From: Paragordius varius
Taxonomy: Eukaryota; Animalia; Nematomorpha
Direction of reading: 5' to 3'
Assembly (NCBI GenBank): GCA_964247055.1
Contig: OZ176057.1
Coordinates: 5,084,001-5,148,000, forward strand
DNA: 64,000 nucleotides
Position 1 is the stretch's first letter. Each line of letters begins with the position of its first letter. Under the pieces are notes generated by a model. The model searched no databases. It was not told the origin of the DNA and saw nothing but the letters and a program-made list of their open reading frames with translations. Below are positions 13,560 to 28,800 of the stretch, piece after piece. Both the position numbers and the translations under genes were made by a program.

Positions 13560-16500
13560 CACTAAAACAATCAATTTGATTTTACCATTGGTTATTAAAT
13601 AGCTTATAGAGGAAAAATTAAAGTTTTAAAAAGTATGGGGTTGTCTTTTATTAAAAAATATTTTTCTTTATATTTTTAAGTATTGTCCGTATATTTTTGC
13701 TGTAAATGTCAACTCGCCGTGACACATTTCAAATGTTTAAATATACAAATGTTTTATAGCAAGTTTTCAAAAAGCCAAACATATTTTATCAAAAAATTTA
13801 ATTCACAATATTTTTTATCACACGAAAATTATTTTTTGAAGATAATAAGTTTTTTACAGAGATAATTGAATCCCAACACGACGTCTATCATCACAAAACA
13901 CGAAAACCTTATTTGAAAAAAACTAAAAAAATTTCTTTTTTGTCACTTGACAAAAACCCAAATATTAATCAAAAAACCATCAAAATTAAGTTAAAACCCA
14001 ATAAATACACAAAAAAACAAACCAAACACCAATAAAAAACTATTTTATTGAAAAATAAAGTTTTAAGTATTTTAAAAACCCACTAAAAAATATTTCAAAA
14101 AAATTTTATTTAAAAAAAGTTTTTTACAAGTATAGTTGAATCCCACAAAGTGGCACATTTTAAATGTATAAATTTTACTCTTGACAAAAAGCCAAAAATT
14201 TATAAGAAAACCATTAAAATTAGTCAAAACCCAATATAAATAAAAAAACAAACCAAATACCAATAAAAAACTATTTTATTGAAAAAATACAAAAAAATTT
14301 CAAATTTTTATTAAAAAATTTTTTTTACATGTATAGTTGAATCCCAACTCGAAGTGGCACATTTCAAATGTATAAATTTTACTATCACTTGACAAAAACT
14401 CAAAAATTTATCAAAAAACCCCATCAAAATTAAGTCAAAACCCAATAAATACATAAAAAACAAACCAACCACCAATAAAAAACTATTTTATCAAAAAATT
14501 AAGTTTTAAGTATTTTAAAACCCAAAAATACGCATAAAAAACAAATAATATTTTGAAAAAAATTTTATTAAAAAAATGTTTTTTACACGTATAGTTGAGT
14601 CCCAACTCGATGTAGCGAATTCAATCATACCAATAAAATTAAGTCAAAACCCAAATGTCCATAAAAAAACAACCAAACACCAATAAAAAACTATTTTATC
14701 GAAAAATCAAGTTTTTAAGTATTTTAAAACCCAAAAATACATAAAAATTACAAAAAAAATTTAATTTTTATTTCAAATAAAAAAAAATTTTTTACACGTA
14801 TAATTGAATCCCAACTCGATGTAGCGAATTCAATCATAACCCATCAAAATTAAGTCAAAACCCAAAAATCGATACATAAAAAACAAACCAAACATCAATA
14901 AAAAACTATTTTATTGAAAATCAAGTTTTAAGAAATTTTAAAACCCAAAAATACATAAAAAAGCAAAAAATATTTCAAAAAATTTTTTATTAAAAAAATG
15001 TTTTTTACACGTGGATTCCTACTAGACATGGCACATTTGAAATGTATGGTTTTACTGTCACTTGACAAAAACTCAAAAATTTATCAAAAAACCATCACAA
15101 TTATCTTAAAACCCAATGAATAAACAAAAAAAAAACCAAAAACCAATAAAAAACTATTTTATCGAAAAATCAAGTTTTATGTATTTTAAAACCCAAAAAA
15201 TACATAAAAATTACAAAATAATTTCAAAAAAAGTTAATTTTTTTACACGTATGGTTGAATCCCAATCGATGTAGCGAATTCAATCATACCATCACAATTA
15301 GGTTAAAACCCAATGAATACACAAAAAAACAAACCAACCACCAATAAAAAACTATTTTCTTGAAAACTCAAGTTTTAAGAAATTTTCATAAAAAAACAAA
15401 AAATATTTCGAAAAAATTTTTATTAAAAAAAAGTTTTTTATACGTATAGTTGAGTCCCAACTCGAAGTGGCACATTTGAAATGTATAATTTTACTGTCAC
15501 TTGACAAAAACTCAAAAAATTATCAAAAAACCATCACAATTAAGTTAAAACCCAATGAATACACAAAAAACAAACCAACCACCAATAAAAAACTATTTTC
15601 TTGAAAACCCAAGTTTTAAAAACAAAATATTTCAAATAATTTTTATTTCAAATAAATAAAAGTTAATTTTTTTACACGTATGGTTGAATCCCAACTCGAA
15701 GTAGCAAAAGCCGTACCATCCGGGCTAGTTTGAAGGCTACTTATTCGATTTTCATGTCCGTATAATTGACAAATTCGTTGACACTTTAAACTGTCCCAAA
15801 CGTTTACAGTGAAATCATTGTAACCGGCAAATAGGAGTCTCCCTTTATATTGGTTTTTTAGTGTTAAAAATTTCGTTTAATGTATATGATACATATACCA
15901 TTAAAACTTCAAATTCACCCCCTTGTACAATTCAAATTCACTTGAACTATTCATATTCACACTTTAACAATTCAAATTCACCCTTGAAAACTTTAATCAA
16001 ATTTAGTCCTAGAATAATTCGCATCTTCCCTTAAACAATTCAAATTCACCCTTGAACAATTTTAATTTTTTGAACAATTCAATTTCACCCTTAAACAATG
16101 CGAATTCACCCTAAAAATAAATAATGAGTTTTCTAAGATTAATAAAATTACCAATATTTTTTAATATTTTAACAAATAAGTTTTTGTTTGAAATTAAAAT
16201 AAGACAAAGCAAATAATAAACTAAGCCATAAGAGATATAGTTAATATTAATAATGAGTTACATTAGCTGCCCGAAAACACGTAATTTAATATTAGGGTGC
16301 TTTTAAATTGTTTGAAAGTGAATTTGAATTCTAAATGGTATATACAGTTTAAATTGGAATTATACGGATAAAACGTAAAATTATAAAGACAAATATTCTT
16401 TTGCTAAAAGACAACCCAACCATACTTATTAAATCTGAATTCTTTTTTATTATAAATCACGGTTTTAAATTGCAAAGTAGGAATATTAAACTGTATATTG

Positions 16501-17624
16501 ATACCACAATTAATTTAACAGCGGCAAGTAAATATTTTATCTAAGAAAAAATAAAATTTAAAAAATATATGGTTTTTTCTTTTAAAAACCAAATATTTGT
16601 CCCTATATATTTGTATGTCGTTTGGTCCGTATAATTTCAATTTCGCCTGTTGTAAGTGCTCTGCTTATTTGTATATTAAAAATGTTTAAAAACATATATA
16701 CCATTTACAATTCAAATCCACACCCTCAAATAAAATATATATTTTTTAAGATTAATAAAATTACCAATATTTTTTAATATTTTAACAAATAAGTTTTTGT
16801 TTGAAATTAAAATAATACAAAGAAAATAATAAATTAAGCCATAAGGATATATTTCATATTTATATTATATTAGCGGTCCGAAAAGACATAATTTATTTTT
16901 AGGGTGAATTTGAATTGTTCGAGGGTGAATTTGAATTGTTCAAGGGTGAATTTTAACTGTAAATGGTATAAGTTAGATATTGCAAGCTCTCTCTCCTAAT
17001 CACCCTGTCTGAGAAAAGCTACAAAGTATAAGCTTTTTTGATTTTTTTAGAATAAAGATCTAATTGTTTCCTATAAGTTTATAATATAATAAAAATTAAA
17101 ACAATAAATTTTTTTGCCTGTAAAGACAACCATACTTTGCCAAAACTTGTAGTTATAAAAAAAATAACCGAACGTTTTGGGTTATATAAAAATATCTGGT
17201 ATTCATTTTGCCTTTAATAACATTTCAATTTTTATTATAGAATTTTAAATAAAAAAAGATGTGTTTTTTAGTTTTTTTTTTTGTTTTAAAAGTGTTAAAA
17301 TAATATTAGATTTAAATTTAAAACATTAATATGAATATACTATTGATTGCATAGATTTTAATAAATTTAAGAATCCCTTTCAAAAAATGATTGTATACCA
17401 TTTGTAGTTCAAATTCATCCTCGAACAATTCAAATTCACCCTAAAAATAAATTATGTGTTTTTGAACTAACATAACTCATCATTAATATGAAATATATCT
17501 TTATGGCATAGTTTATTATTTTTACAGTATTATATTAATTTCAAACGTTTTTTAATCTTTAAAACATAATTTTATTTTAGGGTGAATTTGAGTTGTTCAA
17601 GGATGAATTTGAACTGTAAAATGG

Positions 17625-17655
<31 letters not shown>

Positions 17656-20436
17656 TTTGATAAATTAAAGTTTGTTAAAAAGGGATAGTTAGTTAAGATA
17701 AGTAATAAATTTTGATATTTATGAAAAAATATCACTTTTTTAAAATCCTTTTTTTATAAAAAATTGTAAATTTAATTACCACTAAGGGAAAAATCAAGGG
17801 AGGAAACTCCAAAAATTATGCTTGATTTAGAAAATGTACAAATTTCTCGGTCGGCCCGTAAATCAAATAAACGGCACTATGCATATATGAAAAATAAAAT
17901 ATATTAAATATAAATGTTAATAATTTATAAAATATATAGTAAAAATTTAAATATAAAAACTGAAAGATTTTATAATTTCACCCTAGAATATATCATGTGT
18001 ATTTAGGATTAAAAATTAATTATATTTTTTATATTTTCAAAAAATAAAAATTTGTTTAAAATTGAAATAATACTGAAAAAATTATAAACTATGCCATAAA
18101 GATATAATAATAAGTTATATTAGCTGCCTGAAAACACAGATTTTATATTGAGGGTGAATTTGTATTGTAAATGGATATATAATTACAGTATAAATTGAAA
18201 TTATATAGGTAAAAAATAATAAAAAACTACATATTTTTTTCAATATAATTTTTTAAACTTAATTTTTTAAATTAAAACTCATTGTTTTAAACTGCAAAGA
18301 GTATAAATTAAAAATGTAAATTGGTAAAACAATCAATTATATATATTATATAATACTATAATTAAATAATTTATATAACAAAAAACCAACTAAGGTGTAA
18401 AAAGAATATTTTTCTTGTCTTTTTTAATGTGAATGTTTAAAATTATTTTGAATTTATAATATTTAAACATTTTAAAGCGTTTAAGCGTGAATTCGAAGTA
18501 TTAAAAAAGTGAATTAGAAATCAAAGGGCAAGAGTTAATTTTTTAGTGTTTAAGGGTAAAAATAAAATGTTCAAGAATAAATTTTGAGATGGTTTAAGGG
18601 TCATTTTAACATGCACACACACACACACACTATATATATATATATATATATATATATGCCATTTACACCACAAATTTACCCTTAAACATTTTAAATTCAC
18701 CCTTAATAATTTAAGAGTTTTTGAATATATTACAAATTTCTGTTTTCATAGTTTTAAAGATGAAATTTCGTTTAAAATTAACATATATTATAGAAAAATA
18801 ATGAAATATGACTATGACATAAAAAAATATTTTATATTAATATATTAAACCCCAAAACACAATAAATTTTTTAGGGTAAATTCCAAATGTTCAAGGGTGA
18901 ATTAGAAAAGTGTTTGGGGGTAAATTTTATAGGTTTAAAGTCTAAAATGATTAAGGGTGAATTTAAAATGTAAAGGTATACAACATAACTTATTTTTAGG
19001 GTAAAATTTAAAGTGTTTAAGGGTTAATTTAAAGTGTAAATGGTATCTAACATTATTTATTTTTAGGGTGAAATTAAAGTGTAAGGGTGAATATAACATA
19101 ATTTATTTTTAGGGTGAAATTTAAGGTGTTTAAGGGTGAAATTTACAATGTTTATGGGGTATTCACGGTTGATGTTAGGATGAATTTGAATCAATTTAAA
19201 AAGTTTATGGAATACTCTAAAGGAATTAAAACGCGTGTGTGGCGATTAAGAGATATCTCTGTTTTTTAATGTATACCATTTACAGTACAAATTCACCCTC
19301 GAACAATTCAAATTCACCCTAAAAATAAATTACGTGTTTTCGAACTAATATAACTAATTATTAATACGCATTTATGTTTATGGTGTATATTTTATTATTT
19401 TTTCAGTATTATTTTAATTTTATACATAATTTTTATTTTTTTAAAAATATATAAAATATAGGTAACTTTTAATCTTAAAAAACTTATATTTTATTTGAGG
19501 GTGAATTATAATTGTTCAAGGGTGAATTTGAATTGGTCAAGGGTGAATTTAAGTCAATAATTTAGAGAGTTTAAGGAATACTCTAAAGGGGGAGATTAAA
19601 CTGTGTTTTTTAATGTACTTACAATAATTAAATTACTCAAAAAAGTTATGTTAAGTTAATCAAAAAATGCTTTATAAACAAATCTCACTCAATCAAAACA
19701 CCTCAAAATTTTTAACTCCAAAATTTTTAACCTAAAATTTCATGAAAGTTTATAAAAATTTTATAAAATTTGCATAAAATTCATAAAATTATAGAAATTT
19801 CGTAAAATTTCATGAAAGTTTATAAAAATTTATAAAAATTTCATGAAAATTTGCATAAAATTCATAAAATTTATAGAAATTTCGTAAAATTTTCATGAAA
19901 AATTTATACTGTGGCATCGTCAGAGCCCGTAGCAAATGCATCTCCGCTCGGATAAAATCTTACGGTATTTATGTCGGCTGTGTGTTGGCCTTGAAAGGTT
20001 TGAACACTTTTGCCTGTTCTCATGTCCCATACTATGGCTGTTTTGTCGCAACCCTTTGAAAAATAAAAAATAAATATGTGACAAAGATTTTTTTTTAATA
20101 TATATACCATTTACAATTAAAATTCACCCCCTTTTCAAATTTACCCTTGAACATTTCATATTAAATTTTACCCTTGAACAATTCAAATTCACCCTCATAT
20201 AAATTATGTTTTTTACAATTAATCATCTCATGAAGTTTAAAAGTAAAATCAATTAAAATTCTCATGTCCCAAACGATGGCTGTTTTGTCGCAACCCTTTG
20301 AAATGATATGTGACAAAAAATTTTTTAATATATAAAAATTTTGAGTTTTATAAACTTTAAACTTAATTACAATTCTCATATATCACAAACTATGACAGTT
20401 TTGTCGCAACCCTTAAAATAATAAGTGACAAAATTT

Positions 20437-20509
<73 letters not shown>

Positions 20510-21803
20510 ATTTACAATTCAAATTTACCCCCTTACACAATTCAAATTCACCCCCTTAAACAATTCATATTCACCCTTGAAGAATTCACCCAAAAATATG
20601 TGACAAATAAATGTGACAATTTTTTTAATATATATGCCATTTACCATTTTCAAATTCATACCCCTTAACAATTAAAATTTACCCTTGAACAATTTATTTT
20701 ACCCTTAAATGATTCAAATTCACCCTTATATAATTCATATTCACCCTTGAAGAATTCAAATTCACCCGCTTGAACAATTCAAATTCACCCCCGTGAACAA
20801 TTCATATTCACCATTGATAAATTCATACCATTTACAATTCAAATTCACCCTCATATAAATTATGTTTTTTACAATTAATCATCTCATGAAGTTTAAAAGT
20901 AAAATGAATTAAAATTCTCATATATCTCAAACTATGGCTGTTTTGTCGCAACCCTTAATATGAAAAATGAATATGTGACAAAAAAAATTTTAATATATAA
21001 AAATTTTGAGTTTTATAAAATAACTTTAAACCTTGAAAATTAATTAAAATTCTCACATGTCCAAAACTATGGTTGTTTTGTCGCAACCCTTGAAATAATA
21101 TGTGACAAATTTTTTTTTATAAGTATTAAAAAATGAAAATTTTGATTTTTATGCAAATAACTTTAAACCTCGTAATCAGTTTATCATTTTATGAAAATAA
21201 CTTTAAACCTTGAATTAATTAAAATTCTCATATATCCTAAACTATGGCTGTTTTGTCGTAACCCTTTATTGAAATAAAAAATATTTAATATGTGACAAAA
21301 TTTTTTTTAATATATATACCATTTACAATTCAAATTCACCCCCTTAACAATTCAAACTTACCCCCTTAAACAATTCAAATTCCCCCCTTAACAATTCAAA
21401 CTTACCACCTTAAACAATTCAAATTCCCCCCTTAACAATTTATAACATTTACAATTCAAATTCACACTTGAATTATTCAAATTCACCCTCAAATAAATTA
21501 TGTTTTTTGCAATGAATCATTTTATAAAAAAAAGTTTAAAAGGGGAAAATTAAATTATGATTCTCATATATTCCAAACTATAGCTGTTTTGTCGCAACCC
21601 TTAAAATAAATAAAAATTAAATGATATGGCAAAAAAAATTTACTATTAAAGAGTAATTTTTATAAAATAACTTTAACCCTTGTACGAAATTTGTCATTTT
21701 ATGATAAAAAAAATAAAAAAAATATTAATTAAAATTCACATGTCCTAAACTATGGCTGTTTTGTCGCAACCCCTTGAAAAATAAAAAATATGTAACAAAA
21801 ATT

Positions 21804-21850
<47 letters not shown>

Positions 21851-24800
21851 ATTTACAATTCAATACCCCTTGAACAATTCAAATTCAAACCCCTTAAACA
21901 ATTCAAATTCATCCCCTTAAACAATTCAAATTCAAATCCCTTATACAATTCAAATTCATCCCCTTAAACAATTCAAATTCAAACCCCTTAAACAATTCAA
22001 ATTGATCCCCTTGAACAATTCAAATTCAAACTCAAATAAAATATATGTTTTTTTTAAATTAAAAATTACCTATATTTTTATATATTTAAAAAAATAAAAA
22101 TTTTGTTTTAAATTAAAATAATGCTGAAAAAATAATGAACTATACCACAGAGATATGTTTCATATTAATAATGAGTTATATTAGTCGTCCGAAAACACAT
22201 AATTTATTTTTAGGGTGAATTTGAATTGTCAAGGGCGGAGAATTTGAATTGTTCGATTGTGAATTTGAATTGTTCAAGGGACACTTGAACTGTAAATGGT
22301 ATATAATTTTAATTTTTATAAAATTTAAACCTTGTAAGCGAGTTTATCATTTTATGAAAAAAGTTTAAAATAATTATCCCAAACTATGGCTGTTTTGTCG
22401 CAACCCTTTAATATGTGATAAATAAAAAAAACTAAATTTTATAAAAATAAATTTAGATTTTTACTCTGACATTTTAAGATTTATTTGGGTGATAAAAATC
22501 TGAAACGGTTTCAAATCAGTTCCTTTTTGCTTATAATTTCGGATTCGGTTCCATATAAAAACCGTTTTCAAAAATGGTTTTTGCCCAAAAATTTTTTGGT
22601 TTCGGTTCCGATTCGTTTAATTATTAGCAAAAATTTTGTCTCTAATTATTAATTCACAAATAGAATGTACACCTCCATAAAATCGTTGATAGTAAGTAAT
22701 TATAATATTATGTTATGCGCAACGTAAAAATTATATAAATCAGTGTATTTTCATTTTAAATATATATATATATGTGAAAGGAAAACTAACAAATAACGTT
22801 TAACATATGTATAATTGTAAAAATAGTTGAAAAAAAATTAAAAAATTGTTTTAAAACTTAAATAATTGTGAAAAATTGCAAAGAGAATGGAATGGAGATG
22901 TATGTATAATGGTAATAACACACAATCAATTGTGTATTTTACGATTGTAGTTAAATATGTTTTTTTATCGGATTTTGATGAAAAAAAATTATGTTCTTAT
23001 ATATTTTCACACACATTTTGTCCCTAAAACTCAAATTTTTTACTGTAAAAAATTATAAAACTAAAACCCCAGAAACAAAAACATTTTGTCCGTAAAACTC
23101 AAATTTTTTACTGTAAAAAATTATAAAACTAAAACCCCAGAAACAAAAACATTTCCAGTTTCAGTTGGAGATATGTGAAGGGACATGACATCAGCTGTGT
23201 GCCCATGGAAAGATTGAACCATACTGCTGCATTCAACATCCCAGAGGGCGCATATACTATCCCCACTGCCCGTTAAAATCTAAAGTTTTAAAAAATGACT
23301 AATAATTTTAATAAAAACATTTTAAAAATGATAAAAATAAAAATACTTTTTTTTTAAATTTAATTAACACACAAAATAAAAGTTTACTTTATTTAAAAGT
23401 TTTAAATTTTGGTTATATATATATATATATATATATATCTTTATGGCATAGTATATATTTTTTAAGTATTATGTTAATAAATGTTTATTTTTTATATAAA
23501 ATTAATCCTAAAAAACACATAATATATTTTGAAGTGATTTTGAATTGGAAATGTAAATTTAAAGTGTAAATGATAATATATATTTAAACTTTGAAAAAAG
23601 TGTTTAAAAAACATCTATCAGAGAGCATATACTATCCCCACTGCCTGTTCTATTTTATTCAAATAAAATTTAATTAAATAAAAAAATTTGTTTATATATA
23701 TATATATATATATAGTTTAGAAGCAACATATAATAACCCCACTGTCTGTTAACACAATTTTTAAATGCAAAAAAAATATAAAATATATTTTATAAATTAA
23801 ATTTTTTATTAAATTTCTTTTTTATATTAATTTAAATATACCGTTTTCACGTTAAATTCAAATTCATCCTAAAAATAAATTATGTGTTTTCAAACTAATA
23901 TAACTCATTATTAAAATGTATATATTTGTATGGCATAGTATTTATTATTTTTTAGATATATTAAAATATAGGTAATTTTTAATCTTAATAAACATATATT
24001 ATTTGAGGATGAATTTGAATTGTTCAGGATGAATTTGAATTTTTTAAGGTGAATTTGAATTTTAATGGTATATTATATATCTATATATAAAGAGGCTTAT
24101 GAAAATAAATATTTTTTATTAATTTTATAATTTTTTTCAAAAATATTATATAATATATTAATTTGATAAAAAAATAATAAGTTTATAATAATGCTTAAAC
24201 TTTTTACTTTTTTGTATATTTAATTTAAGAAAAAAGCGATATATCCCCATCTGAAATGAATATTTTATTAATTTGTTTCAAAAATAATACAGTAAAAATT
24301 GAAATTTTCTAGACAAAACGTAAAAATATAAAGACAAATATTTTTTTCAAAAGACAACCTCCGTACCATTGTAAATCTTGATTTTTCCTATTTTGTAACA
24401 CAGTAGTGTATGGTAATAAGAAAGGAAATAATTTTTATTCAACATTTTGTTGTTTTTTTCCATACACTACTGTGTTGTGTTGCAAATTGCCCCCTACTAT
24501 ACTATAGTGTGAAATAATTAAAATTTATACTGTAAATTCATAAAAAAACCGCATATAAATATAGAGAAAAATTGAAATTTTCTAGACAAAACGTAAAAAT
24601 ATAAAGACAAATATTTTTTTCAAAAGACAACTCCATACTTTTTAAACTTGATTTTTCCTAAATCCAATATGTATTTTAATGGTTGCTTATTGAACACTTA
24701 GGGCAATTTGCAACAATACAGTAGTGTATGGAAAAAAAGAAACGAATTATGTTTATTCAACATTTTGTTGCTTTTTCCCATACATTACTGTGGGTTGCAA

Positions 24801-25807
24801 ATTGTCCTACTATAGTGTGAAATAATTAAAATGCCATAATATTGTAAATGATTAATAATTATACAATTGCAAAATATATAATTGATTGTGTTACCACAAT
24901 TGACATGTCTATTTCATACAGTGGCAAAAATTGAAAATATACGGGGACAAAACGTAAAAATATAAAGACAAATATTTTTTTAATCATAGACAACACCATA
25001 CTTTTTATATATTGCGTTTTTTTTAAATTATAACTATTGTTTTAAATAACAAAGTATCAAATAGAGAGCTATATATTGGTAACACAATCAATTACATTAT
25101 TTTACGATTGTTATTAAATGATTTAAGTAGCATAAATTAAGGGAAAATTATGGTTATCTTTTACAAGTATATTTTTACGTTGTTTTGTCCGTATAATTCC
25201 AATTTTTACAGAAAAGAATAATTAAGAAAAAGAAGTTTAATTATTAATGTAAGATAAAATATATTTTAGATATTCTCCCCATCGCCTGTTTAAATCTAAG
25301 ATTATTGGTTTAAAAAATGTTTTAAATTAAATAATATATAAAATATATTACAGTAAATATTGAAAATATACGGACAAAACTTAAAAATATTTAAAAAAAT
25401 TAAGATTTAAAAATATTGTCTTTTAAAAAATATTTGTCTTAATTTTACGTTGTTTTATCTGTCCGATTATATAATTTTAATTTTTACTGTAAAAAAGCAT
25501 TAATAAAAATTATTTACATTTATTTTTTAAAGAAATAAATAAATAAAATTTTAAAATTTATTGAAAAATTTAAAAAATATTAAACTTGTTGATCTAATCC
25601 TGCAAAAGTACAGGCTGACATATAACTCGTGTGAGTAGCTACCGTTTTTTTCCGAACTAAAAAATATAAAATTAAAATTTTTTATTAAAAAATAGATTTT
25701 TATTAATTTTAAATATTTTTTAATATATATCATATTAAAAAATCTTAAAATAATTAATAAAATTAATAAAAAGCGCACATAAATACATATTATATATATA
25801 TATATAT

Positions 25808-25855
<48 letters not shown>

Positions 25856-28800
25856 ATATTGCGTAATTAAAATTTGAAAAGTAATCTCCATTTTATCAAT
25901 AAATACCATTTACAATTCAAATTCACACTTGAACAATTCAAACTCACCCGTAAAATTAATTATGTGTTTTGGGGCTAATATAACTCATCATTAATATGAA
26001 ATATATTTTAATGACAAACTTTATTATTTTTTCCACATTATTTTAATTTTAAACAAAATTTTATATTTTAAAAATATATAAAAATAAAGGTATTTTTAAA
26101 TCTAAAAAAACATAATTTATTTCAGAATAAATTTATATTGTTAGAGGGGGAATTTAAATTGTAAATGGAATATCAGCTGTTCGTTTCAATCTTTGGAGGT
26201 GTCTAAATAGAAGTGACAAACAACACTATAAAATATACGTAAGCTATTTACCTTTTCTAAAACAATGAAAAACAATGTTTAATTATATTAATTTTTATTT
26301 AAAGCAAAACTTTTTAAACTGTAGTAGAGTATTTATTTATAAAATTGAGCTCTCTGGGCTATAAAATACCCCAAAAGGTAAACAAGGACAAAAGAAGTCA
26401 AAAGGTAATGAATAAAATGTTAACTAACTTTTTTTAAAAAAAAACTTAAAAAACAACCCTTGAAATTTAATTAAATTTCCAAAATGAAAATTAAAATATA
26501 GCAAAAACCTTATCAGTTTCCGGAGTTGTATTTTATTTTTTATCTATAAAATTTGTTTATTTTAATTTTATTATTACAAAAATTTAATAATATTTTTAAA
26601 AAAACATATATATATTTTTAGTAAATTATCCTTAACCTTCATTTCGGTTTTTTTTGTAAATTAGCGTTTGCATTCACAGTTGTTTTTGTATTAAATTTTA
26701 TATTAAAATCTTACCCACAAATCCTTAACCCTATCTTAAAATTGACTTCATTTACTTTGTTTTAAGTTTTTTTTTATTTTTTTAAATTTTTTTTAAATTT
26801 TTAGCTAACTTAAAATTTCAAAGATAAACCAAATCTCTTATAAATCCAGCATAATATATAAATAACCTTCGTTATCAGGCGCTGTATTTCAATTTGAAAG
26901 CTGAAAATATTAAAGTTCAAAATTTTTAATACTTTTCATAGAAATCAACCCCAAAATTTTTTGGTAAATTTTAACACCATATTATTGAGAAAACCTATAT
27001 ATTATATCTATAGTCACCGTTAAATTAGTTTCTACGCCTTTTTTGACAACCTATTGTATTAAAACATCAAAAGTCTAACACTAATATGCTATATATGCAA
27101 AAAAATAAAAAACCGCCTTTTTCTTTTCAAAATATAAAATCTAAAATCTTCTAATCTAAAAAATAAAACTTTTATCACTATCCGGTGCTGTATTTTCATT
27201 TTAATAGATAAAAATATCGTTTAAAGTTCATGAAAACCATCCCCCAAAATATTTAGTAAAATTATTAAGAATCTTATTTAAAAACATCAAATCCTAACAC
27301 TATTATAATATATATGCAAAAAATAAAAAAACCGACTTTTTCTTTTCAAAATATAAAATCAAAAATCTTCTAATCTAAAAAATAAAACTTTTATCACTAT
27401 CCGGCGCTGTATTTTGATTTTAAAAGATGAAAATATAGCTTTAAAAGTTCAAAATTTTACATATTTTTTATATAAACCAATTTTAACGCCATATTATTGA
27501 AATTTTTTAAAACATCAAAAGTCTAACACTGATATACTATATATGCAAAAAAAACCGACTTTTTTTCCAAAACATAAAATATAAAAAATTAAACTTTTAT
27601 TACTATCCGGTGCTGTATTTTGATTTTAAAAGCTTTAAAGTTTAAAATTTTTAATATTTTTTATAGAAACCATCCCCCAAAATATTTAGTAAAATTATTA
27701 AGAATCTTATTTAAAAACATCAAATCCTAACACTATTAAACTATATCCAAAAATAAAACCGACTTTTTTTCTTTTCAAAACATAGAAAATAAAAAATTAA
27801 CTTTCATCACTATCCGGCGCTGTATTTTGATTTTAAAAGCTTTAAAGTTCAAAATTTTTAATACTTTTCATAGAAACCATCCCCCAAAATATTTAGCAAA
27901 ATTATTAAGAATCTTTTTTAAAAACATCAAATCCAAACACTAATTAACAATATAAAAAAAACCGACTTTTTTTTCTTTTAAAAACATAAAATCTAAAATA
28001 TAAAACTTTCATTATTATCCAGTGCTGTATTTTGATTTTAAAAGTTCAAAATTTTACATATTTTTTATATAAACCAATTTTAACGCCATATTATTGAAAT
28101 TTTTTAAAACATCAAAAGTCTAACACTGATATACTATATATGCAAAAAAAACCGACTTTTTTTCCAAAACATAAAATATAAAAAATTAAACTTTTATTAC
28201 TATCCGGTAAAAGCTTTAAAGTTTAAAATTTTTAATATTTTTTATAGAAACCATCCCCCAAAATATTTAGTAAAATTATTAAGAATCTTATTTAAAAACA
28301 TCAAATCCTAACACTATTAAACTATATCCAAAAATAAAACCGACTTTTTTTCTTTTCAAAACATAGAAAATAAAAAATTAACTTTCATCACTATCCGGTG
28401 CTGTATTTTGATTTTAAAAGATGAAAATATAGCTTAAAAAGTTCAAATTTTGACAATTTTTTTATATAAACCAATTTTAACGCCATATTATTGAAATTTT
28501 TTAAAACATCAAAAGTCTAACACTGATATACTATATATGCAAAAAAACCGACTTTTTTTCTTTTCAAAGCATAAAATATAAAAAATAAAAAAACCGACTT
28601 TTTCTTTTCAAAACTTAAAATCTAAAATATAACTAACTTTCATCACTATCCGGCGCTGTATTTTGATTTTAAAGCTTTAAAGTTCAGATGTTTTTAATAC
28701 TTTTTATATGAACCAATTTTAATAAATTTTTGACGCCATTTTATTGAGAATTTTCAAAACTTAAAATCCTAACACTGATATACTATATATGCAAAAAATA

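Noticed and set aside
20161-20379. ORF containing [12 protein letters not shown] as an alternative WD40 exon
   Set aside because: It is a decoy array unit; after 12 codons it runs into intron and family-B sequence.
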